This document shows, piece after piece, positions 45,581 to 55,325 of a stretch of 64,000 bases of DNA. Under the pieces are notes generated by a model. The model searched no databases, had not been told where the DNA came from, and was given only the letters and a program-made list of their open reading frames with translations. The DNA lies in the NCBI GenBank assembly GCA_963542765.1, contig CAUTYU010000010.1, positions 442 through 64,441 on the forward strand, given 5' to 3'. Every line of letters begins with the position of its first letter. The first letter of the stretch is position 1. This stretch comes from an uncultured Desulfovibrionales bacterium (GTDB lineage: Bacteria; Desulfobacterota; Desulfovibrionia; Desulfovibrionales; Desulfomicrobiaceae). The translations under genes were made by a program, and so were the position numbers.

Positions 45581-46405
45581 TTAGTTGTTGTTTTTGAGAT
45601 GAATGTCGCGTTGCGGATAGGGAATTGTAATGCCGTTTTTATCAAATGCGGTTTTGATTTTTTCATTTAAATCGAAAAAAACAGCCCAATAATTTTGGTT
45701 TTTTACCCAAGCCCTGATTGAGAGATTGACTGAACTTTCGGCTAGTTCCGCTACGACAACGTTCGGAGATGGATCCGATAATATTCGGTTATCTTGTTTG
45801 AAAATTTGTTCTACAACCTGTCTTGCTTTTGCGATATTGTCCTCGTAGCCGATGCCGATTGTGAGGGTAACTCTGCGGTTTTCTTGGCAACTTGTATTTA
45901 CGATATGGCTACCGGTTATGAGAGAGTTGGGGATAATGATTTGTTGGTTGTCCGCCGTGGTTAAAATTGTTTGGAAAATGCCTATTTTTTGTACTGTTCC
46001 GCTTGTACCTGCAATATGTACAAAATCCCCGATTTTAAACGGTGCGAAAAATATAATAACTATGCCTGAAGCGATATTGCCGAGTGTTTCTTTAAGAGCA
46101 AGACCTATTGCGAGTCCGGCTGCACCCATAATTGTTAAAAACGAGGTCATATCAATACCGAGCTGGGCGAGGGTGCTTAAAACAACTACGATGAGTAAGG
46201 CGTAGTAAAAAAGTGTTTCAAAAAAATGAACGAGTGTTTTTTCCACGCCGCTTTTATGAAGCATCAATGTAAAAAAAACTGTGATTTTTCGAGCAGCGTA
46301 CCAACCGAAAAAAAGAATAAGTATCGCCGACAGAATTTTGGGAAAATAGTTAAGACTTGAATGCAGCAGTTGATTTGTTATTTTTTCTATTTGTAAAAAG
46401 TTCAT
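45581..46405 (-). CDS. mscS: small-conductance mechanosensitive channel (MscS family)
   Basis: Start at MNFLQIEKI (46405). It has three TM helices, then PFKIGDFVHIAGTSGTVQKIGIFQT and the C-terminal MscS beta domain. Confidence 0.8.
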   Translation of the reverse strand: MNFLQIEKITNQLLHSSLNYFPKILSAILILFFGWYAARKITVFFTLMLHKSGVEKTLVHFFETLFYYALLIVVVLSTLAQLGIDMTSFLTIMGAAGLAIGLALKETLGNIASGIVIIFFAPFKIGDFVHIAGTSGTVQKIGIFQTILTTADNQQIIIPNSLITGSHIVNTSCQENRRVTLTIGIGYEDNIAKARQVVEQIFKQDNRILSDPSPNVVVAELAESSVNLSIRAWVKNQNYWAVFFDLNEKIKTAFDKNGITIPYPQRDIHLKNNN

Positions 46406-46602
46406 ATTTTTGCTCAATTCAAAAGTTTTTGTATCTTTTTTGCCGGAAATGTCGAAATACAATAAATAAAAAAAATAGTGTTTACAAGATGTTCGAGTGA
46501 TATTTTTTTGCAAAAGCAAAAAAGAAATGTTGCTCAAGGCGGTGGAAAAAGATACAAGAATCAAAAAGTTTATTTTTGGGAATTTTTAACCTTGGGGAAA
46601 GT

Positions 46603-48213
46603 ATGAAAATTTCGTTTTTGGGTGCTGCTCGTACCGTTACGGGGTCGTGTTTTTTGATTGAGACTGTTCAATCTCGTTTTATTGTTGATTGCGGTATGTA
46701 TCAAGGAAATAAGGATATTGAAGAGCGAAATCTTGAACGTCAGGATTTAAAGCTCGGCAAATTGGATTTTGTTTTGATTACGCATGCCCATATTGACCAT
46801 TCGGGATTGTTGCCCAAGATTACCAAAGATGGATTTACCGGTCCGATTTATTGTACGACCGCCACGCGGGATTTGTTGAATATTATGCTGAAAGACAGTG
46901 CTCATATTCAGGAGATGGAAGCTGAGTGGAAAAATAAAAAAGCTCTTCGCAAAGGTCAGTCTCCGGTTGAACCCTTGTATACGCAAAGAGATGCAGAAAA
47001 AACCTGTCGCCAGTTTAAGGGGGTTGATTATAATACCGATTTTTCGCCGGTTGCCGATGTGCGAATTCAGTTTAACGATGCCGGACATATTTTAGGTTCG
47101 GCTTTTATCGAGCTGTGGATTACGGAAGACGGTAAACAGACCAAGCTGCTTTTTTCCGGTGATTTGGGGCGTTCGGACCGTTTTATTATTCGCGACCCGG
47201 AAGTTGAGGAAAAAGCTGATTATTTATTTTTGGAATCCACTTACGGCGATCGCAATCACAAAAACGAAGATATCAGTTTGGACGAATTGGCAGACGCTAT
47301 CAATTCCGCTGTTAAACATGGGCAAAAAGCCATTATTCCTGCTTTTGCAATCGAACGCAGTCAGGAGCTGATTTATGCTTTGCGGCAGCTCAAAGAAGAA
47401 GGGAAAATTCCGCTTGAACTGCCTGTTTATTTGGATAGTCCGTTGGCAATTCGGGCGACAGAAATTTTTCGCAAGCACAAGAATTTTTTTGATGAAGATA
47501 CGACAAAAATTTTGAAAAAAGGAAAAGACCCGTTTGATTTGCCCGGTTTGAAATTTACGCTTAGTACGGAAGATTCTATGGCAATCAACGAGGACGGAGA
47601 GTCGGCGGTTGTTATTTCGGCAAGCGGTATGGCAAATGCCGGACGGATTAAGCACCATCTGCGGCATAATATTTGGCGACACGGAGCATCGATTATTTTT
47701 GTCGGATTTCAGGCGGTGGGAACTCCGGGGCGGCGGTTGGTTGACGGAGCGAAAACAATTACGATTTTGGGTGAAGATTTGGCGGTGAATGCTAATATTT
47801 ACACTATCGGCGGTTTTTCCGCACACGCTGGACAAAGTCAGATTTTGGACTGGGTTTCAAATTTTAACAATCCAAAAATGAAAGTCTTTCTTGTTCACGG
47901 AGAGTATAAAGCCCAGCAGGTTTTAGCGGAATTGTTGCAAAAACGGTTCAACTTGGAAGTGCATATCCCCGATTATATGGAAGAAATCGAGCTTGAAGCC
48001 GGTACGATTCAGACGGCTCATCAACTTCCTGGAACGCCGGAACAGCGGATTAACTGGAAATATGTTGTTTACGAAATGCAAAACAGAGTTGACAGTCTTA
48101 AGGAAAATATTGATTTGCTGGAAAAGATGGAATGGGCGGATCAAACCGATATGCGAGATGATTTGTTGGCGATTGCGGCTAAGTTGACGCGGCTTTTGTC
48201 CGAAGTTTCTTAA
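46603..48213 (+). CDS. MBL-fold beta-CASP family hydrolase (RNA-metabolising type)
   Basis: Start at MKISFLGAARTVTGS. Contains HAHIDHSG, the beta-CASP region and the C-terminal GFSAHAG motif. Confidence 0.8.
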   Translation: MKISFLGAARTVTGSCFLIETVQSRFIVDCGMYQGNKDIEERNLERQDLKLGKLDFVLITHAHIDHSGLLPKITKDGFTGPIYCTTATRDLLNIMLKDSAHIQEMEAEWKNKKALRKGQSPVEPLYTQRDAEKTCRQFKGVDYNTDFSPVADVRIQFNDAGHILGSAFIELWITEDGKQTKLLFSGDLGRSDRFIIRDPEVEEKADYLFLESTYGDRNHKNEDISLDELADAINSAVKHGQKAIIPAFAIERSQELIYALRQLKEEGKIPLELPVYLDSPLAIRATEIFRKHKNFFDEDTTKILKKGKDPFDLPGLKFTLSTEDSMAINEDGESAVVISASGMANAGRIKHHLRHNIWRHGASIIFVGFQAVGTPGRRLVDGAKTITILGEDLAVNANIYTIGGFSAHAGQSQILDWVSNFNNPKMKVFLVHGEYKAQQVLAELLQKRFNLEVHIPDYMEEIELEAGTIQTAHQLPGTPEQRINWKYVVYEMQNRVDSLKENIDLLEKMEWADQTDMRDDLLAIAAKLTRLLSEVS

Positions 48214-48223
48214 AAAGATTTTG

Positions 48224-48916
48224 TTACTTTGTATTGCTCCAGCAGCTATCGACCGTTTCTTTTTGGGCTTGCAGCTCGTCAATTACGCTTTCGGGCAGCA
48301 AAAAATCAATATTTTTTCCTTGCAGCCATTTTTTTCGTATTAGCGTGGAGCTGATGGCAATTTTGGGGGGAGCGAGAAAGAGCATTTTTGTTCCTTTCGG
48401 AAAAAGTAAGGTCTTACCCTGATATTTTCGGTTTTGTTTTTCCCGTTGTGTATTTTCTTCTTTGCAGTCGTGCCAAGTTGTTTGTGTAAAGTGTATCGCT
48501 TCGGCAAGCGGAAGTTGTCTTTCTACAATGATAAAATTGATGCGATAAGGAAGATTCATTCCTTCTTCCCAGTTAGGCATATCCGTCAAATCGTCTGTTC
48601 CGAGCAGAAAATAAAATTCCGTTTGTTTTCGCTCGGCGAGCAGGGCATTGATGGTTTTATAAGTATAGGAAGTACCGTCGAGCCGTGCTTCCAAATTGTT
48701 GACAGCCAGAGCTTTGTGGTCGGCAATAATTTTTTGCAGCAATTTTTCCCGAAAAGAAAAAGGTAAAATTCCTTTGGAAGATTTATGCGGAGGAATATTT
48801 GCCGGCATAAATTCAATTCGGTCAAGTCTTGTTTGCTCCAGCACTTCCATCGCCAGTCGAAAATGTCCGATATGAACGGGGTTGAATGTGCCGCCGAAAA
48901 TGCCGATTTTTTTCAT
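48224..48916 (-). CDS. nadD: nicotinate-nucleotide adenylyltransferase
   Basis: 230 aa. Contains GIFGGTFNPVHIGH and the ISSTLIR motif. Confidence 0.85.
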   Translation of the reverse strand: MKKIGIFGGTFNPVHIGHFRLAMEVLEQTRLDRIEFMPANIPPHKSSKGILPFSFREKLLQKIIADHKALAVNNLEARLDGTSYTYKTINALLAERKQTEFYFLLGTDDLTDMPNWEEGMNLPYRINFIIVERQLPLAEAIHFTQTTWHDCKEENTQREKQNRKYQGKTLLFPKGTKMLFLAPPKIAISSTLIRKKWLQGKNIDFLLPESVIDELQAQKETVDSCWSNTK

Positions 48917-50196
48917 TGTCTGATTTGTCCGTCGCCGAAAACGATGAATTTTTTACCTGTCAGTTCTTGTACACCCATCGGACCGTAGGCGTGCAGTTTG
49001 GAAGTGCAAATGCCGATTTCCGCTCCCAATCCGAATTCTCCGCCGTCGTTAAAACGGGTCGAGGCGTTGACCATTACGGCGGAGGCATCGACCTCTCGCA
49101 AAAACCGCATAGCATGTTCGTGGTCGTTGGTTAAAATGACTTCAGAATGGTGTGAGCCGTATTGGGCAATATGATTTTGTGCTTCGTCCTGTCCGCTGAC
49201 GATTTTGACCGCCAGTTGTAAACTCAAAAATTCTCGGCCCCAGTCGTCGGTGGTTGCCGCTTCCGCCGTTTCGCCCAAAAACGGTAGAGATTGCGAACAG
49301 GCTTTAAAGTGTACGCCGTGCAGGGCAAGGCGTTTTTGGATTTGGGGCAAAAAAGTTGCTGCGATTTTTTCGTGTACAAGCAGGCATTCTAAGGCGTTGC
49401 AAACGCCTGTGCGTTGGGTTTTGGCGTTTTCGATAATTTTTTCAGCCTGTTTTAAATCTGCCGATTCGTCCACGAAAATATGACAAACGCCTTTATAATG
49501 TTTCAAAACTGGCATTGTCGCTGCTGAAACTACCGCCCGAATCAACTCTTCTCCGCCGCGGGGAATAATCACATCAATATATTCGTCTAGTTTGAGCAAG
49601 GCATTGACTGCTGCTCTGTCCGTGGTCGCCAAAAGTTGGACGGTTTCGGTTGGAAGTTCGCTTTTTTCAAGGGCTTCGTGCAAGATTTTTCCTAGCGTCT
49701 GATTACTGAAAAACGCCTCCGAACCTCCTCGTAAAATTACGGCATTTCCGGCTTTTAAACACAAAATGGCAGCGTCAATCGTTACATTTGGACGGGATTC
49801 ATAAATCATTGCTATAACGCCGAGTGGAATTCGCATCTGTCCTAGCAAAATTCCGTTTTTTTGGCGTTTGAGACCGAGGATTTCACCGACAGGGTCGTCC
49901 TGATTGGCAACTTGACGACAGGCCGCCGCCATCGCCTTTACTGTGGTCGGTGTGATTTTGAGCCTGTCCATACGGGCTTCGTCCAGTTCTTTTTTTCGTG
50001 CATTTTCCAAATCTTTTTTATTTGCCGCTATAATTTCTTTTTCCTGTTTTTCCAGTAATTCAGCCAGCAGGAACAGCATTTGTGCTTTTTTTTGACTGCT
50101 TGCTTTGGCGATTTGGAGGGAACTTTCTTTGGCTTGCTTGCCAAGAGTAAGCATTTGGTGTTCGATTTCTGTCATATTCTTCGTGTCGATTGTCAT
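48913..50196 (-). CDS. proA: gamma-glutamyl phosphate reductase
   Basis: 427 aa. Typical ProA sequence throughout (IYESRPNVT, GVCNALE, HGSHHS, NASTRFNDG). Confidence 0.95.
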   Translation of the reverse strand: MTIDTKNMTEIEHQMLTLGKQAKESSLQIAKASSQKKAQMLFLLAELLEKQEKEIIAANKKDLENARKKELDEARMDRLKITPTTVKAMAAACRQVANQDDPVGEILGLKRQKNGILLGQMRIPLGVIAMIYESRPNVTIDAAILCLKAGNAVILRGGSEAFFSNQTLGKILHEALEKSELPTETVQLLATTDRAAVNALLKLDEYIDVIIPRGGEELIRAVVSAATMPVLKHYKGVCHIFVDESADLKQAEKIIENAKTQRTGVCNALECLLVHEKIAATFLPQIQKRLALHGVHFKACSQSLPFLGETAEAATTDDWGREFLSLQLAVKIVSGQDEAQNHIAQYGSHHSEVILTNDHEHAMRFLREVDASAVMVNASTRFNDGGEFGLGAEIGICTSKLHAYGPMGVQELTGKKFIVFGDGQIRQ

Positions 50197-50317
50197 ATCA
50201 GTACTCCGTTATTGGATATTTGTTTGTAAAATTAAAAATAATATAAGTGGACAGCAAGATAGGCAAGGAAAAAATGGTTATTTAAAAAAAATATTGCAAA
50301 AAAATGTATGATTTTTT

Positions 50318-50346
50318 TTGACTTTTTTATATTTTTGCCTTAAATA
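50318..50346 (+). promoter_or_regulatory. sigma70-like promoter candidate (TTGACT-17 nt-TAAATA)
   Basis: Direct reading. It lies about 70 nt upstream of the ATG at 50414. Confidence 0.35.
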
Positions 50347-50413
50347 AATAATTTTAACTGATTTGAAAAAAATGTTGATTTTTTATTTTAAATGACTGTA
50401 ACCGGAGAAAAAT

Positions 50414-51082
50414 ATGAATAAAGAAGAACAAAAAAAAGATGAATTTATTGAAGAAATCGGGCAGGGTAGTGTTCCGACCTTAAATCCGCTTTTGCAGTGG
50501 ATTGTTAAGCATATTAAGTGTATCGGGCTTATTATCTTATTGATTATTGCCGGTGTTGGCGGATATGCTTGGTATGAAAATTATCAAAAATCGAAGATTG
50601 AACTTGCACTGGAAGAGTTCGGTACAATTACTGCTCAAGAAGATATTGCCAAGAAAAAAGAAGCCTTGATTGCTTTTTTAAAAACCGCACCCAAAGAAAT
50701 CCAGACGACTGTTCGCTTGGAATTGATTGATACTTATCAAGTTGAACAGGATTATGAAAGCAGCTTGGAGCAGTGGCGGGAATTGGCAAAAATAAAAGAC
50801 CCTTTGGTTAAAATTATTGCTTTGTTCGGAGTGGCAAACGATTTGGTTCATTTGGCAAACTTTGAAGAAGCTTTGACGGTTTTAAAAGAACTTAAATCCT
50901 TTGGCGGTAAGGCATACGAACCGATTATTTTAAATCGGATTGCCACTGTTGCCGAGTCGGCAGAGAGATGGCAGGAAGCACTTGATGCTTATAAAGAATT
51001 GCAAGGCGATATCCGTAATCCGAATAAGGATTTCATCAATTATAAAATCGAACAAATTCAACAAAAAATAAATCAAGGATAA
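50414..51082 (+). CDS. membrane-anchored TPR-like protein (YfgM-like)
   Basis: 222 aa. One TM helix (IGLIILLIIAGVGGYAWY) followed by a helical repeat region. Confidence 0.5.
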   Translation: MNKEEQKKDEFIEEIGQGSVPTLNPLLQWIVKHIKCIGLIILLIIAGVGGYAWYENYQKSKIELALEEFGTITAQEDIAKKKEALIAFLKTAPKEIQTTVRLELIDTYQVEQDYESSLEQWRELAKIKDPLVKIIALFGVANDLVHLANFEEALTVLKELKSFGGKAYEPIILNRIATVAESAERWQEALDAYKELQGDIRNPNKDFINYKIEQIQQKINQG

Positions 51083-51085
51083 ATC

Positions 51086-52936
51086 GTGCATCCTCTTCTT
51101 AGCGGAAAAAGCGGGGAAACCCATTTGCTTTTGGCTAATGAGGCTATCGTGCGAGGAGCGATTGAGGCGGGAGTTGGTTTTATTTCCTGTTATCCCGGAA
51201 CGCCGTCTTCGGAAATTCCCGATACTTTTTTTCGTTTGTCAAAAGAAGCTCAGTATATTTTTGAATATTCCGTAAATGAAAAAATTGCTATGGAAGCCGC
51301 CGGTGGAGCTAGTCTTGCCGGCGTTCCTTCTTTGGTAACGATGAAACATGTCGGTGTGAATGTGGCTGCCGACCCTTTTATGACGCTTGTTTATATCGGT
51401 ACGCCCGGCGGAATGGTACTAGTTAGTGCCGATGACCCTGGCTGTCATTCCAGTCAAAACGAGCAGGACAATCGTTATTTTGCTCAATTGGGAACGGTGC
51501 CTGTTTTTGAACCGCTGACGGCACAGGAAGCTAAAGATATGACGGCAGCGGCATTTTCGCTTTCCGCAAAATGGGAGCAACCGATTATGCTCCGCACGAC
51601 TACAAGAGTAAATCATTTGCGGGGAAGTGTGCAGTTCGGTGAAAAAAAAGCAGCTTGTACAAAGGGAAGTTTTCAAAAAAATCCGGGACGTTTTGTTGCC
51701 GTTCCTGCTGTTTCCCGTCGTCGGCACGATATACTTTTACGTAAATTTGAAGAAATCACCGAATATAGTGAAAATTGTCCGTGGAATACGGTTTACGGCG
51801 AGGGCAGTGTCGGATTTATCGCTTCGGGCATAAGTCGTGCCTACTTGCACGATGCTTTGCAAGAAAGCGGCAAGCGGGCAAAAGTGCTTGAGCTTGGATT
51901 TTCGTGGCCACTTCCGCAAAAGAAAATTATTAAGCTGCTGCAAGAAGTAAAAACACTTGTTGTTGTTGAAGAGCTTGAACCGATTGTGGAAACTGCGGTA
52001 CGGGCTTTGGCTCAAAAACACGGTTGCACGGTTGAAATTATCGGGAAAGGAGAGATTTTTTCTCGGCAGGGAGAATATTCGGTTCAGCTTATCAGGCAAA
52101 TGCTTGCAAAGGTTTTTGATTTGGAAATATTGTCTACATCTTTATGTAAAGCAAGCGAAGTGCAGTCTTTTCCTTTGCGTCCGCCCAATCTTTGTGCCGG
52201 TTGTACGCACCGTTCGGTTTATCATAATGTCCGTCGTATTTTTAGCGATGATGTTGTATATTCTTCGGATATCGGTTGTTATACGCTCGGAATTTTGCCA
52301 CCGCTCAAAACAGCTGATTTTTCACTGTGTATGGGGTCGTCCATTTCCGCTGGCAGCGGTATGGCTGCTGTAAATGATAAACCCGTTATCGCTTTTATTG
52401 GCGATTCTACTTTTTTTCATTCAGGAATTACCGGACTGATTAACGCTTTGTGTCATAAACGCAATATGTTGATTGTGATTTTGGATAATCGCACTACGGC
52501 AATGACAGGGCATCAGCCCAATCCGGGAGTTGACGATACGCTTGTCGGGGTTAATTCAGCTAAAGTCGATATTTCCGCCGTTGTACGAGGTTGCGGTGTT
52601 GCTGAGGAAAATATTCGTCTTGTAAATGCTTTAAATTATAGAGCGGTTGAAAAAGCCTTGCTTGAATTTCGGGAAAAATCTGGTGTTCGGGTGCTGATTA
52701 CTCAAAGTCCGTGTCCGCTTTTTGCTTGTCGGGTACAGGGAAAAAAATATTTACGCACCGTTTATGTTGTAAGCGGTTTTGAACGGGATACTTCAGTTCT
52801 TGAATGTGCAGCGAGTCTCGGTTGTCCGGCGTTTTCTGTTGCAGACGGTTTGGCTCATATTGACGAAGAAATCTGTATCGGCTGTATGCTTTGTGTACAG
52901 TTGAATCCGTATATTAAGGCAAAGATAAAAAAATGA
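51086..52936 (+). CDS. iorA: indolepyruvate:ferredoxin oxidoreductase, alpha subunit
   Basis: 616 aa with a GTG start. It has a TPP-binding region (GDSTFFHSG), a C-terminal 4Fe-4S-type cysteine cluster (CIGCMLC), and an iorB-like gene follows. Confidence 0.85.
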   Translation: MHPLLSGKSGETHLLLANEAIVRGAIEAGVGFISCYPGTPSSEIPDTFFRLSKEAQYIFEYSVNEKIAMEAAGGASLAGVPSLVTMKHVGVNVAADPFMTLVYIGTPGGMVLVSADDPGCHSSQNEQDNRYFAQLGTVPVFEPLTAQEAKDMTAAAFSLSAKWEQPIMLRTTTRVNHLRGSVQFGEKKAACTKGSFQKNPGRFVAVPAVSRRRHDILLRKFEEITEYSENCPWNTVYGEGSVGFIASGISRAYLHDALQESGKRAKVLELGFSWPLPQKKIIKLLQEVKTLVVVEELEPIVETAVRALAQKHGCTVEIIGKGEIFSRQGEYSVQLIRQMLAKVFDLEILSTSLCKASEVQSFPLRPPNLCAGCTHRSVYHNVRRIFSDDVVYSSDIGCYTLGILPPLKTADFSLCMGSSISAGSGMAAVNDKPVIAFIGDSTFFHSGITGLINALCHKRNMLIVILDNRTTAMTGHQPNPGVDDTLVGVNSAKVDISAVVRGCGVAEENIRLVNALNYRAVEKALLEFREKSGVRVLITQSPCPLFACRVQGKKYLRTVYVVSGFERDTSVLECAASLGCPAFSVADGLAHIDEEICIGCMLCVQLNPYIKAKIKK

Positions 52937-53517
52937 AAGGTGTTCGCATTTTTTTGACCGGAGTCGGCGGTCAGGGAACGCTTACCGCGACTAAATTACT
53001 TGCCAATATCGCAATGGATAACGGTATTTCGGTTACTGCTGGAGAAATTCACGGTATGGCTCAGCGAGGCGGAGTAGTCGAATCGACGGTTTTGTTGGGT
53101 GATTTTTTGAGTCCAAAAATTGATTATGGACAGGCTGATATTTTGCTTGGATTTGAAATTTTGGAAACGCTGCGAGCTTTGCCATATTTAGCAAAAGACG
53201 GAAAGGTTTTGAGTAGCAGTCAGTATATCCGTCCGATTGGCGTGGCTATGGGACGGGAAACGCTACCTCCTCCTGAAGAACTCAAGGCGGAAATTCTTAA
53301 ACGATGCCCCGAAACACGATTTGTTGCTTGCCAAGAATTGGCGGAGCAAGTTCGTTTTGCCAAGGCTGCCAATATTATTTTGCTTGCAGCACTTTTTTCT
53401 ATGCCCGAATTTATATTGTCGCTTGAAGCTTTGGAAAAAGGCATTAAAAAATATCTTAAGCCGAAATTAGTCGAGATGAATCTGCACGCTGTTTCGCTTG
53501 TTAAAAATGGAAAATGA
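52933..53517 (+). CDS. iorB: indolepyruvate:ferredoxin oxidoreductase, beta subunit
   Basis: 194 aa. LTGVGGQGTLTATKLL....GEIHGMAQRGG is the POR gamma-domain signature. It overlaps the iorA stop. Confidence 0.85.
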   Translation: MKGVRIFLTGVGGQGTLTATKLLANIAMDNGISVTAGEIHGMAQRGGVVESTVLLGDFLSPKIDYGQADILLGFEILETLRALPYLAKDGKVLSSSQYIRPIGVAMGRETLPPPEELKAEILKRCPETRFVACQELAEQVRFAKAANIILLAALFSMPEFILSLEALEKGIKKYLKPKLVEMNLHAVSLVKNGK

Positions 53518-53560
53518 TTTTTTTGTTGGCAAGATAGATTTTTTATTTTGTTGAAATAAA

Positions 53561-53598
53561 AATGCCGGAAAACCGCTTTTGGTGATTTCCCGGCATTT
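53561..53598. terminator. hairpin terminator between convergent iorB and comEA
   Basis: aatgccggaa ... ttcccggcatt stem (1-nt bulge) flanked by A- and T-rich runs. Confidence 0.45.
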
Positions 53599-53601
53599 TA
53601 G

Positions 53602-53934
53602 TTATTTAAATGTGATAAGTTCGGCGATTTTTTCCAGAGTTTTTTTCCCGATTCCTTTAACTTTTAACAATTCTTCTTTGTTCGTAAACGGTTTTTTATT
53701 CCGTTGTTCAATGATTTTTTGAGCGGTTTTTTCACCGATTCCGGGAAGAGTTTGCAGAGTTTTGGCGTCGGCTTTGTTGATATTGATTTTCTGTGCGACT
53801 TTTTGGACGGTTTTGACTGCATTGGCAGTTTTGTTTTTCATTTCAGGCATTGCCATTTCGGAAGTAGCGTACAATGAACCGGACAGGAAAAACAGGGCGG
53901 TTAAACAAAGATAAAGAATAAAAAAGCGTTTCAT
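53602..53934 (-). CDS. comEA: ComEA-like helix-hairpin-helix DNA-binding protein
   Basis: 110 aa. Signal/TM N-terminus, then INKADAKTLQTLPGIGEKTAQKIIEQR....F...EELLKVKGIGKKTLEKI. Confidence 0.8.
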   Translation of the reverse strand: MKRFFILYLCLTALFFLSGSLYATSEMAMPEMKNKTANAVKTVQKVAQKININKADAKTLQTLPGIGEKTAQKIIEQRNKKPFTNKEELLKVKGIGKKTLEKIAELITFK

Positions 53935-54038
53935 TTTAGATTCCTCCTAAAAAAATTATAGATATTTCATTTAGCAAAAAACCAGAAGAAAGGCAAAAGG
54001 AAAATGCCGTGCCGGATAGAAAAAGTGTTTGGGAAAAC

Positions 54039-54623
54039 TTAAGCGATTACGCCTGCCTGTAGCAGCGTCTTGGTTGTTTGGGACATTGGAAGACCAATAA
54101 CATTTGAATGCGAGCCGTCAATTTGGTCAATCAAAAAAACGCCAATGCCTTGTAGTGCGTATGCTCCTGCTTTGTCCATCGGTTCGTCCGTAGCAGCGTA
54201 GGTAGCAAGTATTTCTTCTGACCAGTCGGCAAAATGTACAACGGAACGTACACAAAATGTGTAGCTTTGTTGCTCGGGTAAAATCAGGCAGCAGGCGGTT
54301 AATACTTCGTGGGTTCGCCCGTTAAGTTGAGTGAGCATCGCAAGTGCCTGCTGGTGGTCTTTGGGCTTGCCGAGAATTGTTGTGCCAGAGATAACGACGG
54401 TATCTGCAGCCAAAATCGCTGCTTGGGGTTTTATGCGAGCAACATTTTGAGCTTTAAATTTGGCGGTGCGTTCCACATATACAGCTGGATTTTCCGCCTG
54501 CTTTGGAGTTGGTTCTTTTTGTGTGCAGGGAATGACTGAAAAATGAATGCCAAGCGAGCTTAAAAGCATTTGTCGACGTGGTGAGGCGGAAGCGAGAACG
54601 AGCGGAAAAATGGTGCGAAACAT
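54039..54623 (-). CDS. maf: Maf-like nucleoside triphosphate pyrophosphatase
   Basis: Start at MFRTIFPLVLASASPRRQMLL. The ADTVV, GKP and GAYALQG motifs are present. Confidence 0.85.
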   Translation of the reverse strand: MFRTIFPLVLASASPRRQMLLSSLGIHFSVIPCTQKEPTPKQAENPAVYVERTAKFKAQNVARIKPQAAILAADTVVISGTTILGKPKDHQQALAMLTQLNGRTHEVLTACCLILPEQQSYTFCVRSVVHFADWSEEILATYAATDEPMDKAGAYALQGIGVFLIDQIDGSHSNVIGLPMSQTTKTLLQAGVIA

Positions 54624-54716
54624 ACCTTGTAAATTGTGCATATCGGTTGGATTGGTTGTTTTTAGTGGTTTATTCCGTATAAGAAATTTTATAGTTGGCG
54701 AGGTGATATTTTTCAA

Positions 54717-55325
54717 GTTTTTTGTTCGCTAATTTACTTGCAGTAGCAGATTTTTATCGTTATCTGATTTTTGAGAGCTTTGACGATATTTTTTCGTTTT
54801 TTTGTGTTAAATCTCATTTCCTTTTTCTTGAAATCTCATGTTTTTATCTAAAAAATCCTAAATTTTCTTAAGAAACTAGATGAAGTTTTGTAACTTATAA
54901 AATTGCTGTAATTTCTCGATTTTTATTTTTTTAAAAATTATTTCTTAACCGTGTAGTATTATTTGTTTTTTTGTATTATTTAATTTTTTAAGAAATGCTC
55001 AAAAACCTACCGACAATATGGATAAGGCAGAAAAAAAGAAGAAAAAATATTTTTGAAAGCAAAAAAAATGAAAAAAAAATACAAAAAATGAAGAAAATTA
55101 AATAAGTGCTTGGGTACAATATCGTTTTGTTTGTGTAAAAAAAAAATATATATTGTAAATTCATCGTTTTTGTTCGAGACAAAAAATTATCAATATGTAA
55201 GGACTTGCAAAAAAGAATAGTAAAATTAGTTGGTTATCTTGTACAAAAAGATTTTGTTTTTTATTTGAAAAGTTGGCGTTTTGGTTTGTTGCTTCTTTTT
55301 GAAAAAAATTGCTAAAAGACTGCCC
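54717..55325. other. AT-rich non-coding region upstream of dnaA; candidate replication origin (oriC)
   Basis: About 600 bp with no credible ORF. Degenerate DnaA-box-like 9-mers are TATGGATAA (55017..55025, 8/9), TTATCAATA (55187..55195, 7/9) and TTATCTAAA (54844..54852, 7/9). An A-rich run with repeated AAAAAATGA lies at 55063..55100. The direct repeat AAATCTCAT occurs at 54809 and 54831. Confidence 0.4.
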
